Shown here one piece after another: positions 9,336 to 19,600 of a stretch of DNA of 64,000 bases (position 1 is the first letter of the stretch; the number at the start of each line of letters is the position of its first letter). A program made the translations under genes and the position numbers. Below the pieces are notes generated by a model. That model had not been told where the DNA came from, ran no database searches, and worked only from the letters and a program-made list of their open reading frames with translations. The stretch covers positions 1 to 64,000 of the forward strand of contig JBAXIL010000001.1 of NCBI GenBank assembly GCA_037138355.1, given 5' to 3'. The stretch comes from a bacterium. Its GTDB lineage: Bacteria > Oederibacteriota > PGYV01 > Palsa-1178.

Positions 9336-11726
9336 ATGAAGAAACTTATTGCAATAATGATACTTATGTCTATTTTTACAAATATTTTTCCAATTGGTGG
9401 AACTATTCCTACAGGATTACCAACAAACTTTGGATTTGGTTGTATTGATAAGGCCGATTCCTATGCGACAGACGGACCACATTTTTACAAAGGAACCACT
9501 GTTGGCACTTGTTGGGATTATTCATATGCATATCTGACATCAGATTTTGCTTCTAATACTTGGACGAACTGGGTAGCAAGTGGTGCTTGGGCAAAGCAAG
9601 AATTGCAGTATTGGGAAAGTAAGGGACAAATTCAAGTTTTTTCATTTTACTATACTCCATATACGCTAAGTAATTACACTCAAACAGCAAAGATGAAGAC
9701 TTATTTTCAAGATTTTAAACTTCTATGTCAAATTATTGCAACAAATTCAACGAAGAAAGTCATAATCCATATAGAGCCTGACCTTTTAGGATTTTGGAGA
9801 AAAGCTGGGAAAACTGCGACATCTACTGGAGCAGTAGTTGTAGGGAGTGCTGTATTTGGAGAAACTTGTGACGGGATTGTAATTAATAATTTACCAGATA
9901 CTATTGCAGGGTGGAGTGAGGCCTTGTATAGAATTAAAAACCAATATGGTGGCGGAAAAGTTTTACTTGCACATCATTATACGCATTGGGGTAATGTAAA
10001 TTCTAAAGATGTAATTATTGATTCTTCTTTAACGCAGACTGATATCAATACTAATGTTGATGACACTACAAGCTTTATAAATCAAATTGAAAATGGAAAC
10101 AAATACGATTTGATATTTGTTGATCCATCAGATAGAGATGCTGATTGGTACAGGGTAATAGGTGGAGCTTCTAATACCAGATGGACAGACCCATCACATT
10201 CATATAGTTCGACAAGAAGTTGGGGAAAGCTTGGTTATATATATGACAGAGTATCGACAAATCTTGATAGAAGGTTGATGTTCTGGCAAGTACCCGTTGG
10301 AAATACTTATTATACTACCTGTAATAACAGTTCTTATCATTATCGTGATAATAGTGCGCAAGAGTTTATTCCTTCAACTACGGCTGATGGAACTTCGGGA
10401 AGTCCAGGTGATGCATATTTATCAAATGATACATCTAAAGGACCTGGTTATTGGGCAACTCGCGGGTTTATTGGAATATTGTTTGGAGAGGGTGGTTACG
10501 ATCATTACTCTTCTCCAAATGATATGTGTCATTTACGAGATTATGTAACAGATGGAATTACAAATCCTGGTTCAGATGCAAATGCTGGCGGCCCATCATT
10601 TGATGTTTGGGGGAAAGCAGTCTCAAACTCTACAGACAATGATGGTGGTTATATTAGAGCAGCAGTTGCTAAATATTGTTCAACAGGAAAATATTCACTG
10701 ATAGCATCTCCTGTGGCGACCGCGACTAATACTAAAACCAATACTCCACAAGCACCTACAGCGACTACTACTAAAACTAATACTCCACAAGTACCTTCAG
10801 CGACTACTACATTTACTCCTTCTAAAACAAGTACTCAATTAATACCAACTTTTACTTCAACAAATACACCAAAAACACCAACCTATACAATTACTTCTAC
10901 AAGCACAGTAATATATTTCACGCCGACCTCTACTGTGACTTCTTTACCACCAACTGCGACTATAACAAATACAGCAGTATTACAAACCGTTACAATAACT
11001 ATCACAAAAACAATTACACCCATCGCTACAGTTTCAGTTACGGATATACCAGTGAATTCAGCAACAGCTACTATGACTAAAACTGTAAGCCCAGTTATTA
11101 CAAATTCGCAGACCTCGACTCAAATACCAACCAGTACTTTAACCAATATAATAACTGCAACAGTTACACCGACAAATATGATAGCAATACTAAGTCCAAC
11201 GAGCACGAAAGTAAATACTGTAATTGCAAGTATAACAATGACTGCTACACAAAAGAATACTATTATGCCATCCCCAACTATGACAATAACTCGTACTTTA
11301 AGTCCAATTATTACAAATACAATAGTTATAACTGCGACAGCAATTAACTCAGCCACTATTATTTCCACTATGACATCTATTGCAACTGCAACCTTTACTT
11401 CCACTATTGCCGTAGATCAAGGTATACTTTCTATACCAAGTCCGCCTATGGCATATCCTAACCCCTATACAGGTCAGCAGCTAAATATTAAATTCAGTAT
11501 TTCAAGCCATGCAACAAAAATAGCTGTGAAAATATATACAATCTCACGCAGATTAATTAGAAAGGTTCAAACGGATGGAGTATTTCATCCTGGGGATTGC
11601 TATTTTACAATAAAGCGAGAGTATTTATTGGGACTGTCTAAGGGAACATATCTATATCAAATTATTATAAACGATAGTAATGGTAGAGAAGCAAAATCAA
11701 AGACTGGCACAATTATTATTCAATAG
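9336..11726 (+). CDS. Secreted putative glycoside hydrolase (TIM-barrel-like), long Thr-rich linker, T9SS type A-like CTD
   Basis: Signal peptide; aromatic-rich N-terminal domain with IIHIEPDLLGFW and FWQVPVGN; about 230-aa Thr-rich tract; C-terminal YPNP...KIYT...GTYLYQI. Confidence 0.65.
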   Translation: MKKLIAIMILMSIFTNIFPIGGTIPTGLPTNFGFGCIDKADSYATDGPHFYKGTTVGTCWDYSYAYLTSDFASNTWTNWVASGAWAKQELQYWESKGQIQVFSFYYTPYTLSNYTQTAKMKTYFQDFKLLCQIIATNSTKKVIIHIEPDLLGFWRKAGKTATSTGAVVVGSAVFGETCDGIVINNLPDTIAGWSEALYRIKNQYGGGKVLLAHHYTHWGNVNSKDVIIDSSLTQTDINTNVDDTTSFINQIENGNKYDLIFVDPSDRDADWYRVIGGASNTRWTDPSHSYSSTRSWGKLGYIYDRVSTNLDRRLMFWQVPVGNTYYTTCNNSSYHYRDNSAQEFIPSTTADGTSGSPGDAYLSNDTSKGPGYWATRGFIGILFGEGGYDHYSSPNDMCHLRDYVTDGITNPGSDANAGGPSFDVWGKAVSNSTDNDGGYIRAAVAKYCSTGKYSLIASPVATATNTKTNTPQAPTATTTKTNTPQVPSATTTFTPSKTSTQLIPTFTSTNTPKTPTYTITSTSTVIYFTPTSTVTSLPPTATITNTAVLQTVTITITKTITPIATVSVTDIPVNSATATMTKTVSPVITNSQTSTQIPTSTLTNIITATVTPTNMIAILSPTSTKVNTVIASITMTATQKNTIMPSPTMTITRTLSPIITNTIVITATAINSATIISTMTSIATATFTSTIAVDQGILSIPSPPMAYPNPYTGQQLNIKFSISSHATKIAVKIYTISRRLIRKVQTDGVFHPGDCYFTIKREYLLGLSKGTYLYQIIINDSNGREAKSKTGTIIIQ
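10722..10810 (+). repeat. 39-bp tandem coding repeat (about 2.3 copies; ATxTKTNTPQxPx)
   Basis: GCGACTAATACTAAAACCAATACTCCACAAGCACCTACA, then GCGACTACTACTAAAACTAATACTCCACAAGTACCTTCA, then GCGACTACTAC. Confidence 0.85.
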
Positions 11727-11857
11727 TTGCTGCTAAATCACAAATATTTATTTATTAATTTGATTTTTTATCATTCATTTCTATAATGCTTAATTATCCT
11801 CAGTAATATATAATTGTTAACAATATTGTTTATAATTATTCAATTTTTACAATAAAC

Positions 11858-11885
11858 TTGACTTCAATTAGGGCTATGATAAAAT
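11858..11885 (+). promoter_or_regulatory. Candidate sigma-70 promoter
   Basis: TTGACT-N16-TAAAAT with TG extension. Confidence 0.5.
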
Positions 11886-12001
11886 ACATTAACATATATG
11901 ATAAATGCTTCAGTTTAATAGGACTTTCCAGAAAACTTGATTATTTAATAATTCCGTAATATTGTTTAGTTCATTACTTAAACTGAAAGGTGGAGTTTAT
12001 A

Positions 12002-13081
12002 ATGCACAAAATGATTATTTATACATTCTTACTTGTTTTTTCCTTTATGATTTCTGCTGGATGTAATAATGCTCCAGCTGAAACAAACATTAGTCCAGAA
12101 AGCATTTTTAATATGGCAACGGATGAAATGATGAATGGAAATGATGCCTTGGCAATTGATTTATACTATAAGCTGGTTGATTACTATCCTGATTTTAGTA
12201 AATACAGAGCAGATTCAATGTTTAGACTTGGTACTTTGCTATATAAAACAGAACGATATGATGAGGCAGAAAAAATATTTGGATTATTTGCAGATACATA
12301 CGGTAATGACAGTAGATTGAAAATGGTTTATGAAAAGTTATTATATATTTACATGCAGGAGTTCCATGATGAAGAACGCGCACAAATTATAAGAAATTTA
12401 TATGCAAATAAATTCAAGAAAAGTGAGGTTTTATCAGAAATTGATAGAACCATTAATGTTTTATCGATGGATGATACGATAGGGTCGGCTGTTCTGGCTA
12501 TGGATGCTTCTGAAATAAGTATTATCCAAACATTAAAAATGGAAGAAATTGATAAGGAATTATTTCCAGTTAGAAATTATATATTGAAAAGCGTAAAATC
12601 CCCAGATGGTAAATATATGGTGGAGAAAAAAGAAGATAAAGGTAATAATTATCTTTACTTTGGTGCGTCTGAGATGAATACTCTAAAGATTGGTGGCTCT
12701 TTGGGTGGCTATGCTCCACAATGGTCCTGGAATAGCCGATATATAGTGTTTACATCTATGAACTGGCAAAAAAAAGAAAGAAAAATACTGATTTATGATT
12801 TGAAAGAAAGAGTTATAAGAAAACTTTTCACTGGAAAGGGAGTAGGGCCATTACTTTGTATATCTCCCGACTCTACGAAAATAGTTTTTAGTTGCTCTAA
12901 TAAATTATGGATAATGAAAATCAATGGAGATAAAGCCACTTTACTTAGTTCAACAGTTAATGCTAAAAATATCAGAATGATTGCCTGGTCAAGAGAAGGT
13001 GGTTCGATTATTTTTTCTAAGAAAAATGAATATAATAGATATTATTTTTGTAAGCTTGGTAAGAAAGATAGTGCAATATAA
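12002..13081 (+). CDS. Lipoprotein with TPR repeats and TolB/PD40-like beta-propeller repeats
   Basis: ATG 12002 after GGAG; lipobox SAG-C; BamD-like TPR (LVDYYPDF...SMFRLG); SPDGKY, PQWSWNSRYIVF, ISPDSTKIVF and WSREGGSIIF repeats. Confidence 0.7.
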   Translation: MHKMIIYTFLLVFSFMISAGCNNAPAETNISPESIFNMATDEMMNGNDALAIDLYYKLVDYYPDFSKYRADSMFRLGTLLYKTERYDEAEKIFGLFADTYGNDSRLKMVYEKLLYIYMQEFHDEERAQIIRNLYANKFKKSEVLSEIDRTINVLSMDDTIGSAVLAMDASEISIIQTLKMEEIDKELFPVRNYILKSVKSPDGKYMVEKKEDKGNNYLYFGASEMNTLKIGGSLGGYAPQWSWNSRYIVFTSMNWQKKERKILIYDLKERVIRKLFTGKGVGPLLCISPDSTKIVFSCSNKLWIMKINGDKATLLSSTVNAKNIRMIAWSREGGSIIFSKKNEYNRYYFCKLGKKDSAI

Positions 13082-13133
13082 AGTTAACACGATAGGTATG
13101 TCGATATAATTTAAATTAATGAGAAGGGCAAAA

Positions 13134-14153
13134 ATGGAAAAAATCACTATTTATGATGTGGCAAAAAAAGCAAAAGTTTCCATTTCTACGGCATCAAAGG
13201 CCTTAAATGATCGTAAAGATGTGGGAGACTCAACAAAGGAAAGAATAAGGGCAATTGCTGCTGATTTAAACTACGAGCCTTCTCATTTTGCTCGTGCTCT
13301 TGCTATGAGAAAAACTGGCAACATTGGCGTTATAACTGTAAGGTATTATCAAGCACCTATGTTGACTAATCCTTTTTATTTTAAAATTATTGAGGGAATA
13401 GAAGAGGAACTAATCAATACCGATTATAATCTGGTTACAAATGTTATCAGAAAAGAACAGGCAGAAGCAATGGAGATACCAAAAATGGTTAAAGAAAAAT
13501 CTGTTGATGGTATTATTTTATTGGGATATATGCCTGAAAAGTTTGTAAATTTGATTGTAAGTAAAGCACCGCCAACTATTATAGTGGATAATGTTATAAA
13601 AAATCCACCAGTGAGCACAATCCTAATGGATAATATGGATGGGGCAACTAAGGCGGTTGAATATCTTATAGATACTGGACACAAAAAAATTGCTTATTTA
13701 TCTGGTCCATCTTCGAGGTATAGTTTCATGCAAAGGGAGCAAGGATACAGAAAGGCTCATGCTGCAAGAGGCATACCTGTAAATGAAAAGTTCGTTTTAT
13801 TCAATGAAAGTGAAGAACGAGGAAATGAATGGATGAGTAAAATCTTAGCTACTAAAGATAGACCAGATGCAATTTTTGCCTGTAATGATGTACATGCTAT
13901 CCTTGCGATAAATATGCTAAAAGACCATGGACTCTTAGTACCTGATGATATAAGTGTGTTGGGTTTTGATAATATTGAAATGAGTGAGCATTTTATACCA
14001 TCACTTTCCACGGTCGATATTAATAAGCCAGGAATGGGAACAAAGGCCGCTCAAATGCTTGTGGACTTAATAAATACTAAAAATAACAAGGTTGAGAATA
14101 TTGTTTTTCCAACTTCAATAATCATTAGAAAATCAGTTAAAAATAGAGATTAA
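13134..14153 (+). CDS. LacI-family transcriptional regulator
   Basis: TIYDVAKKAKVSISTASKALN HTH; GHKKIAYL; VPDDISVLGFDN. Confidence 0.95.
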   Translation: MEKITIYDVAKKAKVSISTASKALNDRKDVGDSTKERIRAIAADLNYEPSHFARALAMRKTGNIGVITVRYYQAPMLTNPFYFKIIEGIEEELINTDYNLVTNVIRKEQAEAMEIPKMVKEKSVDGIILLGYMPEKFVNLIVSKAPPTIIVDNVIKNPPVSTILMDNMDGATKAVEYLIDTGHKKIAYLSGPSSRYSFMQREQGYRKAHAARGIPVNEKFVLFNESEERGNEWMSKILATKDRPDAIFACNDVHAILAINMLKDHGLLVPDDISVLGFDNIEMSEHFIPSLSTVDINKPGMGTKAAQMLVDLINTKNNKVENIVFPTSIIIRKSVKNRD

Positions 14154-14314
14154 CCTAATTTTCCCCATAAAACATTACTGTTTCAATCAATCCGTTTTTA
14201 TTAACTTCATATGGTTTTTTTGAGGTATTTGTATTATAATTATATACTATATATAATAGTGTTGCTTGTTTTAATGGCTATGCGAATTGCCATAATTTAT
14301 GAATCGAGGCTAAT

Positions 14315-15526
14315 GTGAAGCTAAAAATTGGGGATTTGTTTTTATACAGTCTTTTGGCGGTGGGTTTTTGTGCTCCAGTTTCCATAACCGCTGCTGAAGT
14401 ATTTATGATAATTGCTATTATAATATGGATTATATCGACTATAAAAAACAAAGTGAGTCTGAAAGAATCGTTTTCCTCCCCGTTGACATTGCCCATTGGA
14501 GTTTTCGTATTAATTCATTTGATAGCTTCTTTTACAGGAATTTCTCCAACTCACAGCTTACAAGATTTTTCTAAAGCGTGGATTCTTTTGATATTTTTTG
14601 CCGCTATGCATGGATATAGTAAAGTATATCCTTTAAGAATGGGTGCTGGCTTTTATGCAGGTGGCGCAGTTTTGGCAGCGACTTATGCCATAATTATGAC
14701 AATAATACATAGATATATTGGACATGATTTGGACTTCAGAGCATCTTCTTTTTCTGGTTCATATATGCATGCGGGTGGTCTTTTCATGATGGGTGTTATT
14801 ACCGCAGCTTGTATTGTGGCATATAGATTTAAAAATGAAAATGGAGACCACACTCCAAAGTTTCTATATGTGGGTGGTCTTATTATTATTTCTATTGGAT
14901 TACTTTTTACATTTACAAGAGGTTCTTGGATTGCAGCTGGCGTAGGTTTGGCAGTATTGACTTTTTTGACTGACAAAAGACTTTTTGGTGGATTACTTAT
15001 ATTACTTGTTTTAACTGGGGCACTGGCATGGAATACATCCTTCATGCGCAGACTTTCGTCTTCGTTTATTCTTAAAGACAATACTTCTCAAATGGAACGC
15101 GTTTATATGTGGAAAGCTGGACTACAAATAATAAAGGACAGACCTTTGCTCGGAATAGGGACTGCAAATTTGGAAAAAATCTATCCGACTTATAAAGATC
15201 CGCGTGCTGTAGAGCCTAATGCTGGGCATGTTCATAATAATATACTTCAGATTGCTATCATTGATGGTTTACCAGGTCTTGCTGCATTTTTGTGGATATT
15301 TGTAGCGTTCTGGATTGAGTTATACAAGGGAATAAAAAAAGCCAACAATGCCGTATTTAAATATGTACTTATCGGCGGTTTTTCGATAAGTATTGCTTTC
15401 TTTGTTAACGGCTTTTTTGAATATAATTTTTTCTCTTCACAGCCAGCAATTGCGTTTTGGTATCTAATGGGAGTTTGTATGGCTGCAATCAAACTTGAAA
15501 AAAATGGTGTATTGAATACTAAGTGA
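14315..15526 (+). CDS. O-antigen ligase (WaaL/Wzy_C) family membrane protein
   Basis: Multiple TM helices; TFTRGSW, ERVYMW, PLLGIG and HVHNNILQ motifs. Confidence 0.88.
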   Translation: MKLKIGDLFLYSLLAVGFCAPVSITAAEVFMIIAIIIWIISTIKNKVSLKESFSSPLTLPIGVFVLIHLIASFTGISPTHSLQDFSKAWILLIFFAAMHGYSKVYPLRMGAGFYAGGAVLAATYAIIMTIIHRYIGHDLDFRASSFSGSYMHAGGLFMMGVITAACIVAYRFKNENGDHTPKFLYVGGLIIISIGLLFTFTRGSWIAAGVGLAVLTFLTDKRLFGGLLILLVLTGALAWNTSFMRRLSSSFILKDNTSQMERVYMWKAGLQIIKDRPLLGIGTANLEKIYPTYKDPRAVEPNAGHVHNNILQIAIIDGLPGLAAFLWIFVAFWIELYKGIKKANNAVFKYVLIGGFSISIAFFVNGFFEYNFFSSQPAIAFWYLMGVCMAAIKLEKNGVLNTK

Positions 15527-16599
15527 GGTCAAATGTGCAAGTAGATTTATCGAAAATCAAAAAGGTTTTGATTATAAGGCACAGAGCCATAGGGGACATA
15601 ATTTTGGTTACTCCTTTTATAAGGGCTCTAAAAAAAGCCATGCCCAATGTGCAGGTGGATATGGTTATAGAACCTATGGGTATTGAAGTGTTGCAGGGCA
15701 ATCCTTATATAAACAAAGCAATTATTTTTGAAAAAAACAAATTTAGTAAAGCGCCATTTTGGATAAAAATTAAGGAGACATTCAAGTTTTATAAGCAATT
15801 AATGGACTCCAAGTATGATGTTGTATTTGATTTGTGGGGAAACTTAAGAACTGCTTTAATGTGTTTTTTTACAGGGGCAAAATATAGAGTGGGATTCAAT
15901 TTTAGAGTCAGAAAATATTTCTATAATATAGTAGTAAAACCTGACGGTCCGCCTAAGTATAATGTTTATTATCATATGGACTTATTAAAGGCTATCGGAA
16001 TCAAGGATGATGGACAGCAAACTGATTTTTATGTAATGGCGTCGGACAAGAAGTTCGCTGAGAACTTTTATGAGTCCATAGGAAAGCGTGCAGATGATAT
16101 TGTGGTTGGCTTAAACCCAGCAGGTTCGTGGATAACCAAACGCTGGCCAGAATACAAGTATGCTCAATTGGCAGATGAGATTGTTAAAGTATATAAAAAT
16201 GTAAAGATTGTAATTGTGTGGGGCCCAAAAGAAAAATTTATGGCTGAAAAGATATACACACTCATGAAAGAAGTAAAAAAAGATGTGTTTTTGGCACCTG
16301 AAACAACTTTAAAACAGCTCGGAGCACTTTTGCTATGTATGAATGTGTTTGTTTCCAATGACGGAGCTCCTAATCATTTGGCAATAGCATTAAATGTTCC
16401 TTCTCTCACTGTTTTTGGCCCAACAAATTATAAATCGTGGATTCCTGCAGGGAGTTTAAGACATGCTGAAATACATAGCGAAATAAAATGTGCACCATGT
16501 GACAGAATGGCATGTCCAACAAATATAGAATGTATGAATGATATAGACGCACATGCAGTGTTTGAAGTTATGGATAAACTTTTAAAACAGACAAAGTAA
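15523..16599 (+). CDS. Glycosyltransferase family 9 (LPS heptosyltransferase-like)
   Basis: LIIRHRAIGDIIL, KRWPEY and SNDGAPNHLAIALNVPSLTVFGPT motifs. Confidence 0.92.
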   Translation: MRSNVQVDLSKIKKVLIIRHRAIGDIILVTPFIRALKKAMPNVQVDMVIEPMGIEVLQGNPYINKAIIFEKNKFSKAPFWIKIKETFKFYKQLMDSKYDVVFDLWGNLRTALMCFFTGAKYRVGFNFRVRKYFYNIVVKPDGPPKYNVYYHMDLLKAIGIKDDGQQTDFYVMASDKKFAENFYESIGKRADDIVVGLNPAGSWITKRWPEYKYAQLADEIVKVYKNVKIVIVWGPKEKFMAEKIYTLMKEVKKDVFLAPETTLKQLGALLLCMNVFVSNDGAPNHLAIALNVPSLTVFGPTNYKSWIPAGSLRHAEIHSEIKCAPCDRMACPTNIECMNDIDAHAVFEVMDKLLKQTK

Positions 16600-16673
16600 A
16601 AGCAGGCGTGATTTAAGATATTATTTATGTGAAAAATTGTCGCTGAGGTTTGTTTTAATCAGCATGGTGAATT

Positions 16674-19600
16674 ATGTTTTTAAAACAAATGAAAAATAAA
16701 GTTATCACAAAGTATTCTGCTTCAATTATGTTTATCATAGTTGTTGTTTTTCTTTCTGCTTGTTTGAAAGCAGAAACTCAAGTGCTTTCAAAGGTAACTC
16801 CTAATGCCACAATAATTGCTATTCCAGCTGCTGTCTCAGGAACTTCTGCTTTAGGTGTGACGGATGCGGTGATAAATATACCTGATTTTTTAAAAGCTGA
16901 AGCAAAAGGCATTGAAGTTCATCTAAGTTGGAATGCGAGTTTGAAAAAAGATATTGTTTATAATATATATAGAAGTGTTTCACCAGACACGAATTTTATA
17001 AAGATAAATAAAGACTTTGTGAAACAAAACAATTATATAGACAATTCTCAATTAAGCTTGACTGCTCCTAAAAGTGGAAAGCTATATTACTATAAAGTCA
17101 CCGCAATTGATTCTGGCTTAGAATCAAAGAGTTCTACGACTGTAATGGCTACTGCTTTTGCTCCATTAGCTCCTCCAGATAAAATAACATTGGTAGCAGG
17201 TTTTTCTTCAGTTAAAATTAAATGGGTTGAGCCTGAAGCATCAGGTAGCTATGGAGTAAGTGGCTACAATATTTTTAGATCTACTGTTGCAGGAATACTA
17301 ACGCAAATCAATCCTGTAACTATTACAGCAATTCAATACGATGACTCTGGACTTACAAATGGAGCGAGGTACGATTACTCTTTGCAATCAATTGATGCAC
17401 AGGGAAATACATCGGCATTATCGGCTTTGTTTAGTGTGACTCCATTTTCTTCTATAGCTTCTCCTAAAAATCTAACTACAACTGCTGTTTCTTCTGAATC
17501 AATTAAATTGATATGGGACTTGCCTGATGGAAGTGGAACATATGGGATATCGGGTTATAACATATATAGAAGTACTCAAGCTGGTATTTTTTCAATGGAT
17601 CCAATAAATGGTAAATTGGCAAAGGAATATAAAACAGATGACAATAGAGTATTTTATTTTGATAATATGATTAATTCTTCTTCCAGGCCGCAAGCAGGAA
17701 GCATATATTATTATAAAGTTGTGCCAGTGGATTTGTCTGGCAATTCTGGAAATGCCAGTGATATTATTACTGGGGCAGTGCCAGTATTTGAAGTTAATCG
17801 AAATGGAATTATATCAGCAGATATTTCGGAATATGGTTTGCCCCCAGAATCGCGTCTTTCCTTATCTGGTAGCAAATCTTTAACAATTAAATATGCTCAT
17901 ACTTGGTGGAAGAAAAATTCTACTGCTTCATCAGCGGACTTCAATATTGATCAAAAACTCAAACTTGCTCTAAAGGGAAATATAGGGACAAAAATAAATG
18001 TAGATGTAAATTATGACGAGAATACATTGACAGATGAATATACAAAAATATCTATAAGCTACGCTGGCGAAAAGGATGAGACCTTGCAAGAGGTTACTTT
18101 TGGTGATTTAACCTTAGATTTACCGTCTACAAGATATCTAAGCTATGCTCCTCAAAAACTTTTTGGACTTCGTGGCAAAGTGAAAATAGGGGATAAGCTT
18201 TCAATAACCGCTCTTGCCGCACAAACGAAGGGTATTAACGACACGCAGGTATTTACAGGAAGTGTGCGAAAAAAACAAACAAACTCCAGAGACGGTATTG
18301 ATATTTCGGACATGTCATATATATTAAATACTTATTATTATATAACAAAAGATAGTACTGTAAAAATAAAACCTGGAACATTGAAGTTGTACTGTTATGA
18401 TGGCGGTTTAACTGCGGCGGATGTTAATACTGTGTATTCTACGCCAACCTCCGCTTATCATTTTAGATTGCTATATTCAGGTGTTGATTATCTTGTAGAT
18501 TATAACGAAAAAATTATTAAATTTAATGTTGGGATAGCAAATAACTTTGTTATTGTTGCTGGATATGAATTAGAAGATGGTACAAAAATAGGTCTTAAGG
18601 CAGATGATTCTTTAGATTTGAATGAAGCATATTTAGTTTCAGCAGCAGATGGTATGACAACTGCCTCGGCGCATTTAATACAAGATGGAACGCAGACCAG
18701 TGCTCGGCAGTCAGATATTTCCCATAAAGTTTTAAGCTACTACTATATGGGCGAGACAAAAATTAATAATCCTGTGACAGATACAGGTGGTTTTAAAATT
18801 GTAATTACAAATCCTGATAATACGAAAAATTATTACATACCGCAACCTTGGGAAACTAATGCATCAGATTATTACACTATAGATACCGATTTTGGTATAT
18901 TAAAATTTAAAAGTTTTTTTCCTTTTGCTGCAGGGCAAGCCCAACCGTGTTATCCTCCGTATAATTTATCTACTGGAAATGAAGACGATGCATATAAAAG
19001 TGTAAGTGCAAAATCACTTTATAAAATTCATCTTGAATATAATTATCAGGTGTCATCATATAAATTAGATAATTCGCCTGTTGTATTTGGTAGTGAACGC
19101 GTTATGGTTGGTGGTGTGCTTCAGAAAAAGAATATACAATATGAAATTAACTACGATGCTGGTGAAATAACTTTTTATAAAGATAAAGTTGCCATAACAG
19201 ATAGCACCGAAATCAAGGTCACATATGAGTATCTTCCTTTTATCGGAGCAAATAACAGTAATTTATTCGGGGGCAGATTAGATTATGATTTGCTTGATAA
19301 TTTAAAGCTTGCCATTACGGGACTGTATAAAACATCAAATGCTGGAACCACAACTCCAGATGCGCGTTCTACAGAAATATCATTGAATACTCCATATAAT
19401 TCTCTTGTAGTTGATGGAAATGTAACTTTTGATTTAAGTAAAGATAATTTTAATGCGATATTAAATGCCTTGCCTATTATAGACAATAGCAATATACCCG
19501 TGGACTTCAAATTTGCTGCGGAAACAGCTTATAGTAATTTAAATCCAAATACTTATGAAAAATCATTTTCTGGCGGTAGAGTAGAAAAGGGTCCTGCTAT

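Noticed and set aside
11940..11970. CCGTAA loop suggesting a purine riboswitch
   Set aside because: Lacks the TTTCTAC junction and the P2 loop consensus; the downstream gene is unrelated to purines.
13079..13107. Sigma-28-like TAAAGTTA...GTCGATAT upstream of the LacI gene
   Set aside because: Spacer is 17 nt rather than 15-16, and the -35 overlaps the upstream stop codon; too weak to call.
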